A stretch of 64,000 nt of DNA from an uncultured Gammaproteobacteria bacterium (GTDB lineage: Bacteria; Pseudomonadota; Gammaproteobacteria; Eutrophobiales; Eutrophobiaceae): positions 129,463 to 193,462 of the forward strand of contig CALSOP010000008.1 in assembly GCA_943788005.1 (NCBI GenBank), read 5' to 3'. Positions 19,777 to 31,136 of the stretch are shown piece by piece. Both the position numbers and the translations under genes were made by a program. The notes below the pieces were generated by a model. The model searched no databases. It was not told the origin of the DNA and saw only the letters and a program-made list of their open reading frames with translations. Position 1 is the first letter of the stretch. Each line of letters begins with the position of its first letter.

Positions 19777-22026
19777 ATGACTGACGAAACAGAAAAGTCG
19801 GCTCTAGATTATCATCGCTTTCCCAAACCCGGGAAGATTGAAATATCCGCAACCAAACCGTTGGCAAACCCACGTGATTTAGCCTTGGCTTATAGCCCAG
19901 GTGTGGCTGAACCTTGCAAAGCTATCGCAACAGAAAGCCGGATGGCGGCTGAATTAACTGCACGGTCAAATCTCGTTGCCGTTATCACTAATGGTACTGC
20001 TGTTTTAGGTTTGGGTAATATAGGTCCTCTTGCAGCAAAACCTGTTATGGAAGGAAAGGCGGTACTGTTCAAAAAATTTGCCGGTATCGATGTCTTTGAC
20101 CTTGAGATCAGCGAAAAAGATCCGGATAAGTTGATTGATATTATTGCTAGTCTAGAACCTACTTTTGGTGGCATTAATCTGGAAGACATAAAGTCGCCAG
20201 AATGTTTTTTGGTCGAAGGCAAATTACGAAAACGCTTAAAGATCCCTGTTTTTCACGATGACCAACATGGCACGGCAATTATTGTTGCAGCCGGAATTAT
20301 TAATGCACTTAAAATTGTTGGTAAAGATATTTCTCAAGTTAAGCTGGTGACAACAGGTGCCGGTGCTGCAGGCATTGCTTGTCTTAAGTTGCTCGTTAAG
20401 TTGGGCATGAAAAAAGATAATATCATTGCCGTTGATCATGTCGGTGTTATTTATAAATCTAGGCGCGTTGAACAAACACCACACAAACGCATGTTTGCTA
20501 GCAATACTAAATTAAGAACACTCTCTGATGTGATGAAGGGTGCAGATATCTTTCTTGGATTATCAGGACCAGGTGTTTTAAAACAGGAAATGGTCAGAAG
20601 CATGGCAGACAATCCTATCGTGTTTGCATTAGCGAATCCTATACCGGAAATATTGCCTGAAGAGATTAAGGCGGTACGTGATGATGCGATAATTGCTACG
20701 GGGCGTTCGGACTATCCTAATCAGGTTAATAACGTATTGTGTTTCCCCTTTATTTTTCGTGGTGCGCTTGATGTTGTTGCGACTACTATCAATGATCAAA
20801 TGAAGATCGCTATGGTTCATGCCTTGGCAGAGATGGCCACGGAAGAGACACCAGAAGCAGTTGCTGCGGTCTATGGCGGTGAAGAATTGAAGTTTGGCAG
20901 AGAATATTTAATTCCGAAGCCTTTCGATCCAAGACTAATTGTTAAGCTGGCGCCAGCAATAGCACAGGCGGCAATGGACAGTGGTGTTGCTACGCGACCG
21001 ATTGAAGATATGGAAGCCTATCGCCAGCATTTATCACAATATGTGTTTGAATCAGTCATCTTGATGAAGCCTCTGTTTGAAAAAGCTAAAAGTGATCCTA
21101 AGCGACTGGTTTATGCGGAAGGTGAAAAAACCAAGATTCTCCATAGTGTGCAATCGGTACTCGATGAACGATTAGCAAAACCAATATTGATCGGTGATCC
21201 AGATACGATAGAAAACAGAATAAAACATATGGGGCTTCGCCTTCGACCCGGCATAGATGTTGAGATCATTAATCCTAAAGAGTACATGGAAAAGATGGAA
21301 ATTGATCAAACAGGTCTGACTGAGACTAATACTTGTGTGGCAACAAAAATGCTGCAATTAGGAGAGGCTGACGCCATGATCTGTGGTACAGATGGACATT
21401 TTCACGATCACCTTGACCACGTAACTAGAGAGCTGGGTATTCATGAAGAGCTAAATCAGGCAGCAGCAGTCAATGTTTTACTGCTTAAGAAAGGTGCATT
21501 TTTTATCTGCGATACAGCAGTAACAGTTGATCCCACTGCCGAACAAATTGCCGACAATACTTTATTAGCAGCCGAAACAGTGAAACGTTTTGGTTTAACG
21601 CCAAAAGTGGCATTACTGTCTTTTTCAAATGGTGATGATATTGATTCTGAAACTGGCAAGAAGATGACTGCGGCAATGGAGATTATTCATAAACAGGATC
21701 CTGATTTAGCAGTGCAGGGGCCGATTCGAGCAGATGCGGCTTTGCTGAGTGATATACGCCGACGGGTACTGCCGTATTCAAAATTGGTTGAGAATGCAAA
21801 CCTGTTGATCATGCCTAATCTCGATGCTGCAAAGATTGCATATGATATGGTCAAGGTTCTGGGTGAGGCTGTATCAATTGGTCCAATTTTGGTTGGACTT
21901 AACCATCCGGTACATATTCTGACACCTTCATCTACGGTACGACGAATAGTGAATGCTAGTGCAATTGCTGTCGTTGATTCGCAGATTAAAGCAAATGAAT
22001 CAAGGTCACTATTAGAAGAAGTTTAG
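19777..22026 (+). CDS. maeB: NADP-dependent malic enzyme with a C-terminal phosphotransacetylase-like domain
   Basis: 749 aa. The N-terminal malic enzyme has a Rossmann motif (GAGAAG) and the C-terminal part is PTA-like, which is the MaeB architecture. Confidence 0.9.
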   Translation: MTDETEKSALDYHRFPKPGKIEISATKPLANPRDLALAYSPGVAEPCKAIATESRMAAELTARSNLVAVITNGTAVLGLGNIGPLAAKPVMEGKAVLFKKFAGIDVFDLEISEKDPDKLIDIIASLEPTFGGINLEDIKSPECFLVEGKLRKRLKIPVFHDDQHGTAIIVAAGIINALKIVGKDISQVKLVTTGAGAAGIACLKLLVKLGMKKDNIIAVDHVGVIYKSRRVEQTPHKRMFASNTKLRTLSDVMKGADIFLGLSGPGVLKQEMVRSMADNPIVFALANPIPEILPEEIKAVRDDAIIATGRSDYPNQVNNVLCFPFIFRGALDVVATTINDQMKIAMVHALAEMATEETPEAVAAVYGGEELKFGREYLIPKPFDPRLIVKLAPAIAQAAMDSGVATRPIEDMEAYRQHLSQYVFESVILMKPLFEKAKSDPKRLVYAEGEKTKILHSVQSVLDERLAKPILIGDPDTIENRIKHMGLRLRPGIDVEIINPKEYMEKMEIDQTGLTETNTCVATKMLQLGEADAMICGTDGHFHDHLDHVTRELGIHEELNQAAAVNVLLLKKGAFFICDTAVTVDPTAEQIADNTLLAAETVKRFGLTPKVALLSFSNGDDIDSETGKKMTAAMEIIHKQDPDLAVQGPIRADAALLSDIRRRVLPYSKLVENANLLIMPNLDAAKIAYDMVKVLGEAVSIGPILVGLNHPVHILTPSSTVRRIVNASAIAVVDSQIKANESRSLLEEV

Positions 22027-22190
22027 TACAGGTTGTACTGGTCAGGGTCGAAAAAATAGATCCTGCATATTCGACATTCCCTACGTCCATGTAGGTCATT
22101 TTTGTCTTAGTCACCACCTGTAGGCGCTTTTGGCGATGCAGGAGCAATTGCCGAGGAAGGCTAGAGCTGGAGAGTCCGTAGCGGCGAAAT

Positions 22191-22700
22191 TTAGAAGTTA
22201 AACAGTCTTCTTTCGGGCTTTAGCATAAATGTCGCAAGAAGGGTGGCAATCGTAATACTTGAAAAACAAACCAGACTCCATTCAGGAATACTTAATCCTA
22301 TAAATTGCCATTGAACCTCAGCGCATTCACCAGAGCCAGTGAAGATCATCTTTAATGCTTGTCCAAAAGGAAATACTTCAAGCATATATTCCAGTCCAGG
22401 GCCGCACTCAGGCACCAGTTCCGGGGGTAAGTGTTGTAACCATGTTTGCCTACCAGCTATGCCAACACCAACCAAAGCTAAAATAATTAATAGTGTGTTG
22501 TATATAATACGAAATATATTTAGAGGGTTATGGATAGCACCAATAAGTGCAACAAGAGCAATCGCTATATAGGTCAATCGTTGAAATGCGCACAGCGGGC
22601 AAGGTTCCAGACCTTTGACATGTTCCAAATAGAGGCCAAAGCCAAGTAATGATAGGCAAATAATGAAAAGAGAGATAAAGAACAGTCTTGAAGTCAGCAT
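22191..22700 (-). CDS. dsbB: Disulfide bond formation protein B
   Basis: Four TM helices, a CPLC pair in the first periplasmic loop and a second Cys pair (PECGPG...GECAEV). Confidence 0.85.
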   Translation of the reverse strand: MLTSRLFFISLFIICLSLLGFGLYLEHVKGLEPCPLCAFQRLTYIAIALVALIGAIHNPLNIFRIIYNTLLIILALVGVGIAGRQTWLQHLPPELVPECGPGLEYMLEVFPFGQALKMIFTGSGECAEVQWQFIGLSIPEWSLVCFSSITIATLLATFMLKPERRLFNF

Positions 22701-22849
22701 GGGGTTATTATTTTTATTGTTGGTTTTGATGCAATTTTTTTAAATAAATTATTATCGAATATATATTTATATACGCATAATATCCTTTAGAGACTAAAAA
22801 TAAAAATCCATTCAAAAAACGATTATCAAAATGTCGCTAAAAACCAACA

Positions 22850-23737
22850 ATGATCGCTGTCAGAATCTTTGAAATCACCTTTCCTATCTTCGCGATAGTC
22901 GCAGCAGGCTTGTTTTACGCTAAAAAATTCAGGCCAGACATGGCGCTTCCAAATCGCTTGAACATGGACATATTCATCCCCTGTCTGCTATTTAGCGTGT
23001 TGATCGAACGTGGTGGTGTTGCTGATCTGTTTGGCGGGTTGGCACTCGCAATTACGCTAGTAATACTACTCTCGGGTTTGGTTTCGCTGATAGCTGCGCG
23101 TTTATTTCAAATCGATCCGCGTAGTTTATGTCCGCCTATTATGTTTGCTAACGCAGGTAATCTGGGCTTGCCATTAGTCGTATTAAGTTTTGGCGAAGCA
23201 GCACTACCCGCAGCGGTGATTTGTTTTATTGTCTGTAATTTTTTGCACATCACATTGGGTAGGTACTTGTTAAATAGACAGTCTAATATTCAAAAAGTCT
23301 TTTTCTCGCCATTGATTCTGGCAGTTGTGTTGGCATTGATATTAAGTTTATTACAAATGAAAGTATCCCAGACGTTATTAGAACCAATACGAATGTTAGG
23401 CAATATTGCCGTACCGTTATTATTATTTGCGCTTGGTGTTCGTCTTATTGATATAAAAATGTCTGAGTGGAAGATTGGATTGTCAGTCGTATTGCTCGCT
23501 CCAATATGTGGTGTCGCTATAGTTTTTCTGATTACGCCGTTCATAGACTTAACGCGATTAGAGCAGGGTGTTTTATTTTTGTTCGGAGCGTTACCACCAG
23601 CAGTGATGAATTTTATATTTGCTGAACATTATAATCAGGAACCATCAAAAGTAGCAGCGATGGTTTTATTTGGAAATGCGTTTGCAGTTGTTTCTATTCC
23701 ATTGGCGTTGGTTTATGTATTGCCGAGGTTTGGTTGA
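22850..23737 (+). CDS. AEC (auxin-efflux-carrier) family transporter
   Basis: 295 aa with about 9-10 TM helices and the typical AEC N- and C-terminal repeat layout. Confidence 0.65.
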   Translation: MIAVRIFEITFPIFAIVAAGLFYAKKFRPDMALPNRLNMDIFIPCLLFSVLIERGGVADLFGGLALAITLVILLSGLVSLIAARLFQIDPRSLCPPIMFANAGNLGLPLVVLSFGEAALPAAVICFIVCNFLHITLGRYLLNRQSNIQKVFFSPLILAVVLALILSLLQMKVSQTLLEPIRMLGNIAVPLLLFALGVRLIDIKMSEWKIGLSVVLLAPICGVAIVFLITPFIDLTRLEQGVLFLFGALPPAVMNFIFAEHYNQEPSKVAAMVLFGNAFAVVSIPLALVYVLPRFG

Positions 23738-23785
23738 TTTAGTTTTCGAGAATAATTAGAAGTAATATGACTCAACTAATAGCAA

Positions 23786-24766
23786 TTAATTAAATATAGA
23801 TGTAAAAAAATCAACCATTCTTTTTTCACTCCAATACTTTGGGTTGAATGGTGTGTCGCCATAAACAAAACCAACATGCCCGCCTTGTTCTGTAAGTTCT
23901 AATGTGACGCTTTCTGATAAATCATCTTCGTTTGGGAGTACGCTTTGATTCATGAAGGGATCATCTTTGCTGTGGAGTATTAGGGTAGGGGTGGTGATGT
24001 GTTTTATGAATTGTTTGCAACTGGATTTAGTGTAGTAGTCATCGACGCTATTAAAACCGTGTATGGGAGCGGTGACGTTGTGGTCGAAGGAGTAGAAGTT
24101 TGTCCATTCGTTTAGGTTGCTTAATTCTATTGGCGCGGCTTTGTTTTTGAATTTGTCATGCATTTTTTTATTAAGACTTTTTATTAAATAGCGCTGATAT
24201 ACTCTGGAGAATCCGGTCTCTAATTTTTTAGCGCAAATGCCAAGTTCAAAAGGGATTGATATAGCCATTGCTGCAGTTAAAGGACAGTCATTACCTTGTT
24301 CGCCTAAGTACTTAATGAGGGCATTACCACCGAGTGAGATCCCTACAGCTGCAATCTTTCTCTTAGGGTAACGTGTTATTAATTCGCTGATAAGGGAATT
24401 GATATCGCCGGTATCGCCCGAATGATAGCTACGATCCAAACGGTTATGTCGGCCGCTGCAACCTCGGAAGTGCATAAGTACACCTTGCCAGCCGTAATCC
24501 GCTATAGTTCTTAGAATGCCTTGTGCGTAGGGTGAATCTATTGAGCCTTCTAGACCATGGAAGAGAACTATTAGTGGACCTGTTTCTTTTTTATCAGTCC
24601 AGGCAAGATCTACGAAATCACCATCAGGTAATTCAAACTCTTCATTAATTAGATTTAATGGAGACGATTTATGAAATAGTCTCGAATACAGGGTTTGTAA
24701 GTGACGGTTGGAGCACCACCATGCAGGTTTGAATTCACTTTTGATGATGTTGATTGATGAAGAACC
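23786..24766 (-). CDS. YheT-type alpha/beta-fold hydrolase. The homologous frame extends 97 codons upstream of the first canonical start.
   Basis: The track ORF starts at MHFRGCSG (24475), but the same frame stays open to 24766. That stretch encodes WWCSNRHLQTLYSRLF...DGDFVDLAW...LFHGLEGS, which is conserved N-terminal YheT-like sequence, and it contains no ATG, GTG or TTG. Confidence 0.65.
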   Translation of the reverse strand, partial: GSSSINIIKSEFKPAWWCSNRHLQTLYSRLFHKSSPLNLINEEFELPDGDFVDLAWTDKKETGPLIVLFHGLEGSIDSPYAQGILRTIADYGWQGVLMHFRGCSGRHNRLDRSYHSGDTGDINSLISELITRYPKRKIAAVGISLGGNALIKYLGEQGNDCPLTAAMAISIPFELGICAKKLETGFSRVYQRYLIKSLNKKMHDKFKNKAAPIELSNLNEWTNFYSFDHNVTAPIHGFNSVDDYYTKSSCKQFIKHITTPTLILHSKDDPFMNQSVLPNEDDLSESVTLELTEQGGHVGFVYGDTPFNPKYWSEKRMVDFFTSIFN

Positions 24767-24776
24767 TTAATAATTA

Positions 24777-25793
24777 TTATTTATTATCGATAGCATAAGG
24801 TAGATCGATAATTGTGACTTCTTGATTTTGTATTATCAATTTGTCGTTTAACTTATCTAACGCAATTACCGCTAGCGCATAGCATAATCCATCAGGGTGT
24901 GTTGCTGAATTTATGACGGTACCTGCCATACTATTAGAATTTTCTGAATTTAGTTGATCACCAATAAACAAGGGTTGCTCTGATTGTATCAGGCTGAGAC
25001 GTTTTTTTACTTCTCCACGATAATGTAAGCGCGCGATGACTTCCTGGCCTGGGTAACAACCTTTTTGATAACTTAATCCTTTCAGGGCATCAAGGTTAAG
25101 CATTTGTGGTAAATATTTTTCCTGAGTTAAAGATGTTATCCAAGGCAACCCAGCAAGAATATCTAACAGATTCCATATGTCACTTCCTGACATTGCTAAA
25201 CTATTTTTAAATTGCGATACGTTTTGTTTCAATGCTTCAATGCCACCTGTAATCAGGAAACGGTCAGAACCATCGGGATGACAAATAACAATTAAGCCAT
25301 CAAAGGCGTTTACTTCGCCAGCTTTTTTCGGAAAGTTTTTTGTTAATGAGGCAATATCATTACAATTGGGTAGAATATTGGCTAGGCCAAGCAAAGGTGA
25401 TGCGTCTGAGATATCATTTATTGTCACATCAGAACGCATGACAAACATTCCCAGTCTTTTCTGTACAAATTCTTTTAAGTCTTCTTTGAATATCAGCAGG
25501 TAAGCAATTCCGGTGTTAATGATTAAGAAATTTGTAATTAACTGGCCTTTAGGATTACACCATGCGGAAATTTGCGCGGCAGGTTCTTCAATAAGGTTCA
25601 AGTCATTGATGAATTGTCCATGTAAAAAAACATGACGGTCATTCCCGCCAACGGCCAGCATTGCAAAACCAGAAAGGGGACTGACTAAGGGATTTTTTGA
25701 AATATTGATGTCTGAATCATTAAAAGCGACGACATCATTGTTTAGTATTGTTGCTCCTTCCTGTTCAAGAAAGGCTTGCCATGTCTCTTGCAT
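24777..25793 (-). CDS. ygfZ: Folate-binding Fe-S cluster repair/tRNA-modification protein YgfZ
   Basis: Signature KGCYPGQEVIARLHYRG with a GcvT-like fold. It is adjacent to sdhE. Confidence 0.8.
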   Translation of the reverse strand: MQETWQAFLEQEGATILNNDVVAFNDSDINISKNPLVSPLSGFAMLAVGGNDRHVFLHGQFINDLNLIEEPAAQISAWCNPKGQLITNFLIINTGIAYLLIFKEDLKEFVQKRLGMFVMRSDVTINDISDASPLLGLANILPNCNDIASLTKNFPKKAGEVNAFDGLIVICHPDGSDRFLITGGIEALKQNVSQFKNSLAMSGSDIWNLLDILAGLPWITSLTQEKYLPQMLNLDALKGLSYQKGCYPGQEVIARLHYRGEVKKRLSLIQSEQPLFIGDQLNSENSNSMAGTVINSATHPDGLCYALAVIALDKLNDKLIIQNQEVTIIDLPYAIDNK

Positions 25794-25802
25794 AATTGTG
25801 AT

Positions 25803-26051
25803 TCAATCTATTTGTCTGGATTGTCGAATTAAGACAATGATGTTTTTCATACCATCATTTTTCGGTTCATCTTTTCCCATTATCCAGTTGAGTATATCAA
25901 GATCTGCTTCATCCAGTAGTTGTGCAAATGCATTTTTATCAGCATCACTCAGTGTGTCATAGGATTGATTTAGAAACGTCTGCAGGACTATATCCATCTC
26001 CCGTATTCCACGGCGACAACGCCAGAGAAGACGGGAACGTTCTACTTCCAT
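25803..26051 (-). CDS. sdhE: FAD assembly factor SdhE (SDHAF2 homologue)
   Basis: 82 aa with the RGxxE motif (WRCRRGIREMD). It lies immediately downstream of sdhB. Confidence 0.8.
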   Translation of the reverse strand: MEVERSRLLWRCRRGIREMDIVLQTFLNQSYDTLSDADKNAFAQLLDEADLDILNWIMGKDEPKNDGMKNIIVLIRQSRQID

Positions 26052-26052
26052 C

Positions 26053-26835
26053 TTATAGAGTACGAGACAACATCAACTTTTTAATTTCAGCGATTGCTTT
26101 CGCTGGATTTAATCCCTTTGGACAGGCGTTAGTACAATTCATAATAGTATGACAGCGGTAAAGACGGAATGGGTCTTCCAGATCATCTAGACGTTCGCCG
26201 GTAAATTCATCACGGCTATCCGCAATCCAGCGATAGGCTTGTAATAAAATAGCAGGACCTAGATAGCGATCACTATTCCACCAATAACTCGGACAACTGG
26301 TTGAACAGCAGGCACACAAGATACATTCATATAGACCATCAAGTTCAGCACGTTCTTCTTTTGATTGGAGCGTTTCTGCATCCGGTGGGGGAGCAGTTTG
26401 AGTTTGCATCCAGGGCTTAATTGATGCGTATTGCGCATAAAAGTGTGTTAAATCCGGAACCAGATCTTTTATTACAGGCATATGTGGTAATGGGTAGATA
26501 GCAACATCACCTTTATATTCAGAAATTGCCGTGGTGCATGCCAGTGTATTGGTGCCACCGATATTCATTGCGCATGAACCACAGATACCTTCGCGACAAG
26601 AGCGGCGGAAGGTCAATGTAGAGTCAATTTCGTTTTTAATATAGATGATGGCATCAAGTACCATTGGGCCACAGTTATCAAGGTTGATTTCATAGCTATC
26701 TAGCCTAGGATTCTCGCCGGAGTCCGGTTCCCAGCGATAGACTCGAAAGGTTTTCTTATTCGTTGCGCCTTCAGCATTTTCAAAGGTTTTACCAGGTTTA
26801 ACCTTGGAGTTTTTGGGTAATGTAAATTCAGCCAT
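26053..26835 (-). CDS. sdhB: Succinate dehydrogenase iron-sulfur subunit
   Basis: Three Cys clusters ([32 protein letters not shown]). Confidence 0.95.
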   Translation of the reverse strand: MAEFTLPKNSKVKPGKTFENAEGATNKKTFRVYRWEPDSGENPRLDSYEINLDNCGPMVLDAIIYIKNEIDSTLTFRRSCREGICGSCAMNIGGTNTLACTTAISEYKGDVAIYPLPHMPVIKDLVPDLTHFYAQYASIKPWMQTQTAPPPDAETLQSKEERAELDGLYECILCACCSTSCPSYWWNSDRYLGPAILLQAYRWIADSRDEFTGERLDDLEDPFRLYRCHTIMNCTNACPKGLNPAKAIAEIKKLMLSRTL

Positions 26836-26862
26836 AGTTATGTCTCTGTTTTTATAATTCGA

Positions 26863-28650
26863 TTAGTACACACGTTTCTTTGGTGGAAATACATCAACGT
26901 CGTCTGACAATGTGTACATATGTACTGGACGATAATCGAAACTGACTTTGCCTTTGTTATCTATCCAGGCTAGCGTATGTTTCATCCAGTTATCATCATC
27001 ACGATCTGGAAAATCTTCACGCGCATGTCCACCACGACTTTCCTGACGATTCATCGCACTGTGAATACTGACCATTGCACATTGAAGCAGGTTTTCGAGT
27101 TCCAGTGTTTCAACCAGATCGGTATTCCATGCCATACCTTTATCCTCAACTTCGACGTCTGCAAAGGACTCCCAAATTTTTGCCATTTCATCGATACCGT
27201 GTTGCATCGATTCACCAGTACGAAATACCGCGGCATCGTTCTGCATGGTACGTTGCATCTTATCGCGTATTTCAGACGTTTTTATGGACCCTTTGTTGTA
27301 TCGCAGCCTATCCAAACGATCGATACCTTCTTGGCCAGCATTAGGCATATCTTTATGTGGCATACCGGGCTTCATGTTTTCTGAACAGTAGTTTGCTGCG
27401 GCACGTCCAAACACGATCAAATCGAGTAATGAGTTAGAGCCTAAACGGTTTGCTCCGTGTACAGATACACATGCGGCTTCACCAATAGACATTAATCCTT
27501 CAACGACCGTATCCGGCTCTCCGTCTTTTAGCGTAACTACCTGTCCATGGTAATTGGTTTGTATGCCGCCCATATTATAATGCACGGTTGGGATAACAGG
27601 GATCGGTTCTTTAGTGACATCAACACCAGCAAATATCTCTGCCGATTCAGCAATACCCGGTAAGCGTTCATTGATAACCTCTGGCCCTAAGTGTTCCAGG
27701 TGTAAATGAATATGATCTTTATCTTTGCCAACACCACGACCTTCACGTATTTCCATGGTCATGGAGCGACTAACAACATCACGTGACGCTAAATCCTTAG
27801 CAGAAGGTGCGTAGCGTTCCATAAAACGCTCACCTTCCGAATTAGTAAGATAACCGCCCTCACCACGAACACCTTCGGTAATTAAACAGCCTGACCCGTA
27901 AATGCCCGTTGGATGAAATTGAATAAATTCCATGTCCTGAAGCGGCAGGCCTGCACGCAGAACCATACCATTGCCATCACCAGTACATGTATGAGCAGAT
28001 GTAGCCGAGAAATAAGAGCGGCCATAACCGCCCGTTGCTAATACAACTTGATGTGCGCGAAAACGATGAATCTTCCCGTCTTCCAGATTCCAGGCCATCA
28101 CGCCACGGCAGACGCCTTCGTCATCCATTATTAAATCCAAGGCAAAGTATTCAATAAAAAATTCTGCTTCGTGCTTTAAGGATTGTTGATAGAGCGTATG
28201 CAAAATAGCATGTCCGGTTCTATCTGCAGCAGCACACGTTCGTTGTGCCGTCCCTTCTCCATAATTAGTAGTCATCCCACCAAAGGGGCGTTGATATATT
28301 TTCCCTTCTTCAGTTCGAGAGAAAGGCACACCTTGATGTTCCAGTTCGATAACAGCAGGCACGGCCTCACGACACATATATTCTATTGCATCTTGATCAC
28401 CTAGCCAGTCTGATCCCTTTACGGTGTCATACATATGCCAGCGCCAGTCATCCTCCCCCATATTACCAAGCGATGCGCTCATGCCGCCTTGAGCTGCGAC
28501 AGTATGGCTGCGAGTCGGGAATACTTTCGTAATACACGCTGTTTTTAATCCTTTCGCGGCCATACCAAATGTCGCTCTCAGGCCAGCACCACCAGCACCA
28601 ACTACAACGACATCGTATTTATGTTCAATAATTTCGTATGATTTTGTCAT
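26863..28650 (-). CDS. sdhA: Succinate dehydrogenase flavoprotein subunit
   Basis: 595 aa. [15 protein letters not shown]-binding N-terminus, the covalent-FAD His region ([10 protein letters not shown]) and a conserved C-terminus. Confidence 0.95.
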   Translation of the reverse strand: MTKSYEIIEHKYDVVVVGAGGAGLRATFGMAAKGLKTACITKVFPTRSHTVAAQGGMSASLGNMGEDDWRWHMYDTVKGSDWLGDQDAIEYMCREAVPAVIELEHQGVPFSRTEEGKIYQRPFGGMTTNYGEGTAQRTCAAADRTGHAILHTLYQQSLKHEAEFFIEYFALDLIMDDEGVCRGVMAWNLEDGKIHRFRAHQVVLATGGYGRSYFSATSAHTCTGDGNGMVLRAGLPLQDMEFIQFHPTGIYGSGCLITEGVRGEGGYLTNSEGERFMERYAPSAKDLASRDVVSRSMTMEIREGRGVGKDKDHIHLHLEHLGPEVINERLPGIAESAEIFAGVDVTKEPIPVIPTVHYNMGGIQTNYHGQVVTLKDGEPDTVVEGLMSIGEAACVSVHGANRLGSNSLLDLIVFGRAAANYCSENMKPGMPHKDMPNAGQEGIDRLDRLRYNKGSIKTSEIRDKMQRTMQNDAAVFRTGESMQHGIDEMAKIWESFADVEVEDKGMAWNTDLVETLELENLLQCAMVSIHSAMNRQESRGGHAREDFPDRDDDNWMKHTLAWIDNKGKVSFDYRPVHMYTLSDDVDVFPPKKRVY

Positions 28651-28656
28651 TATTAT

Positions 28657-29037
28657 TTACAGTCCCAAATAAACCTTTAACACAGCAATTGCGGCGCTAA
28701 TGCCAGCCAACAATGCAAGAAATTTGACTAGGATCAGACAAGCAATTTTTTGCCATTCTGAGTCGATGTAATCCTCTATGACTACTTGTAGACCTAAGGC
28801 TGCATGGTAGTAGAGTGAGATTATAAAAAGCAGCATAAGAACTGCATTTAATGGGTTAGCCAACCAATCGACAACAGTTGCATAATCAGCACCCGTTACC
28901 ACTACCAGAGAATAGATAAACCATAAACTAAGTGGAATTAGTACTAGAGCCGTTACGCGCTGCGACCACCAATGATGAACACCTTCTTTAGCTGAACCGA
29001 GGCCACGAACACGGCCTATAGGACTTTGCAGGCTCAT
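28657..29037 (-). CDS. sdhD: Succinate dehydrogenase membrane anchor subunit
   Basis: 126 aa with 3 TM helices, in the sdhC-D-A-B position. Confidence 0.85.
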   Translation of the reverse strand: MSLQSPIGRVRGLGSAKEGVHHWWSQRVTALVLIPLSLWFIYSLVVVTGADYATVVDWLANPLNAVLMLLFIISLYYHAALGLQVVIEDYIDSEWQKIACLILVKFLALLAGISAAIAVLKVYLGL

Positions 29038-29417
29038 ATCGCACCTCCAAGGAACAGCGTAATTACTGATAAGATAATGCTTATAGCGATACTGGCATAT
29101 CCAGTCTTATAGACAGTGGCTATTTCCAGACCTTTGCCGGCATCCCAGAATAAATGCCTGATGCCATTTGTGAGATGGATGTAAAACGAAAAAACAAATG
29201 CAGCTAGACCGATTTTTCCATACCAGGCAGATGCATGTAATTGCAAACTATTGAAGGCATCTTCACCTGACGCAAGTCCGACTAACCAGCAGGTTAGAAG
29301 CAATGCTCCAAGACTAAGCAAGACACCAGTACCTCTGTGAGTGATCGATAAGATCGATGTCAATTGAGGTTTATAGATTTGTAAATGGGGTGATAACGGT
29401 CGTTTCACCGATTCCAT
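29034..29417 (-). CDS. sdhC: Succinate dehydrogenase cytochrome b556 subunit
   Basis: RPLSPHLQIYKPQLTSILSITHRGTG is the canonical SdhC N-terminus. Confidence 0.9.
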   Translation of the reverse strand: MESVKRPLSPHLQIYKPQLTSILSITHRGTGVLLSLGALLLTCWLVGLASGEDAFNSLQLHASAWYGKIGLAAFVFSFYIHLTNGIRHLFWDAGKGLEIATVYKTGYASIAISIILSVITLFLGGAI

Positions 29418-29506
29418 AATTGATATCCTCTAGAGTAAATTTTTTTGTTTTGACCTGTTGCAAACCTCAAGCCATGTCGGTTTAGTACTTTTTCTAATTC
29501 TTTTTG

Positions 29507-29683
<177 letters not shown>

Positions 29684-29821
29684 TTACATAATAATCCGCG
29701 TGTGAAGATGTTACTATCTATATGCTGCATTGCAAGAACGTAATTCTAAGGTTATTTTGAATAAAAATCACGCTAGAATCGCAATATCGGAGAATGGACT
29801 CTCAACAATCAGCAATTTTAC

Positions 29822-30292
29822 ATGGACAGTTACGAAAACCCCTTTCTTGTTACGTTAAGATTACCCATTCGAGGTTCCTCGATAATCGAAAGCGTACATA
29901 TTTTAGCCAACACTTTTTGTATTTTTGTACCTTGGTTAACCGGCCTAAACTTAAATTTTAAGATAATGCTGACAATTTTGCCTGTTTTGAATTTGTGTTA
30001 TTTGTACTATAAATTCAGGTTTACCCAGATAACAGGGCGTGCGACAGAATTAATACTCAGTCCTGAAGATGATTGGCAGGTAAATACGGTCAATGGTGTA
30101 GTGTATGAGGCGACAATAGGCGACTCATTATTTGTACATCCGTTATTGACCATTATGTCATTAAGGTATGGTCGCCATAAGGAATATTTCATTTTTACAC
30201 CTGAAAATATTGATGCTGACATGTTCAGGCGATTACGTGTCAGGCTTCGCTTTAAAGTAAATGCCGAACGATCAAGTGATACTATGAAATAA
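29822..30292 (+). CDS. YgfX/CptA-like inner-membrane protein (DUF1434)
   Basis: 156 aa with two N-terminal TM helices. The cytoplasmic domain has the YgfX-like pattern (ELILSPEDDWQV ... LLTIMSLRY ... ENIDADMFRRLRVRL). It is divergent from the sdh operon. Confidence 0.5.
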   Translation: MDSYENPFLVTLRLPIRGSSIIESVHILANTFCIFVPWLTGLNLNFKIMLTILPVLNLCYLYYKFRFTQITGRATELILSPEDDWQVNTVNGVVYEATIGDSLFVHPLLTIMSLRYGRHKEYFIFTPENIDADMFRRLRVRLRFKVNAERSSDTMK

Positions 30293-31136
30293 AATGTATC
30301 CACCATGAAATCCAGAGCTTTCTGAGGGGTGTAAGACTTGTATTTATACTCAGTAATTTACAACCATCATTGAGAATTTCATCGCAAGTTTTGAGTGCCA
30401 GTCGATTTAAAACCAAACCATGTTTAAGGGCAGAGGAATCATTCTTGTGTAAACCGTCATAGCTCTCTTCTAACAATATTTTCAATTCCCTTATTAATGG
30501 TGAGAATATGGTTGCCTGATTTATTGAGTGTTTTTGAGCTTCAAACTTCATATTGAGCAAATCACCTTGCTTAATGATATTTTCTGGAATGATACAGCGT
30601 GAATCAGTGATATAGGTGTTTGGTTCTTGTAAACAACGAAGATAATGACAGACAGACCCTAAGGCGCGATAATTTTGTAAAGATAAAGTATTGCTTACTC
30701 CCAGTTGAACTCCGCATAGATCCCAGATTTCGCCGGCTGTTGAATTATATAAAGCCAAGATCGTGGCTAGGTTTTCAGTTTGATCGATGAACAAAAATTT
30801 ATCGAAATTATTAATAATAGAATTGAATGATTTTCTTATATTTTCATCGAGTGTGATGAATTCTTTTAAATATCTCGTGATTGGGTGCCGAGGTTGTTGC
30901 TGAAAAAGTCGTTCTATCTCTTCTTGCCACCAATGAAGTTTTACTCTTGCGATACCCGGGTCTGAGCATTCCTGAATAATATCGGTAAGTTCATAGAGAA
31001 ATGCATGTAGTCCTATAATAATCGCTTTATTTTTTTCTTCTTCAAAAAGTGTTGCATAGTAAAGATTGGAGCCATCAGGAATAGCCTTATTAACACAGTA
31101 ATCGAACGGGATAGTATTGTTAGTTGCAGAATTCAC
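30282..31136 (-). CDS. Squalene/phytoene-synthase-family protein (NDUFAF6-like)
   Basis: LHAFLYELTDII....ARVKLHWWQEEI is the typical family pattern. The canonical Asp-rich motifs are not obvious. Confidence 0.55.
   Translation of the reverse strand: MNSATNNTIPFDYCVNKAIPDGSNLYYATLFEEEKNKAIIIGLHAFLYELTDIIQECSDPGIARVKLHWWQEEIERLFQQQPRHPITRYLKEFITLDENIRKSFNSIINNFDKFLFIDQTENLATILALYNSTAGEIWDLCGVQLGVSNTLSLQNYRALGSVCHYLRCLQEPNTYITDSRCIIPENIIKQGDLLNMKFEAQKHSINQATIFSPLIRELKILLEESYDGLHKNDSSALKHGLVLNRLALKTCDEILNDGCKLLSINTSLTPLRKLWISWWIHFIS

Noticed and set aside
22027-22190. GC-richer intergenic stretch after maeB with short inverted repeats (tcctgcat...atgcagga) and a weak resemblance to the tRNA-Leu 5' end (ttgccgagg)
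   Set aside because: The matches to the 2340-2457 region and to tRNA-Leu are short and not collinear, and no cloverleaf or convincing terminator can be drawn. It may be a decayed remnant, but I cannot support a call.
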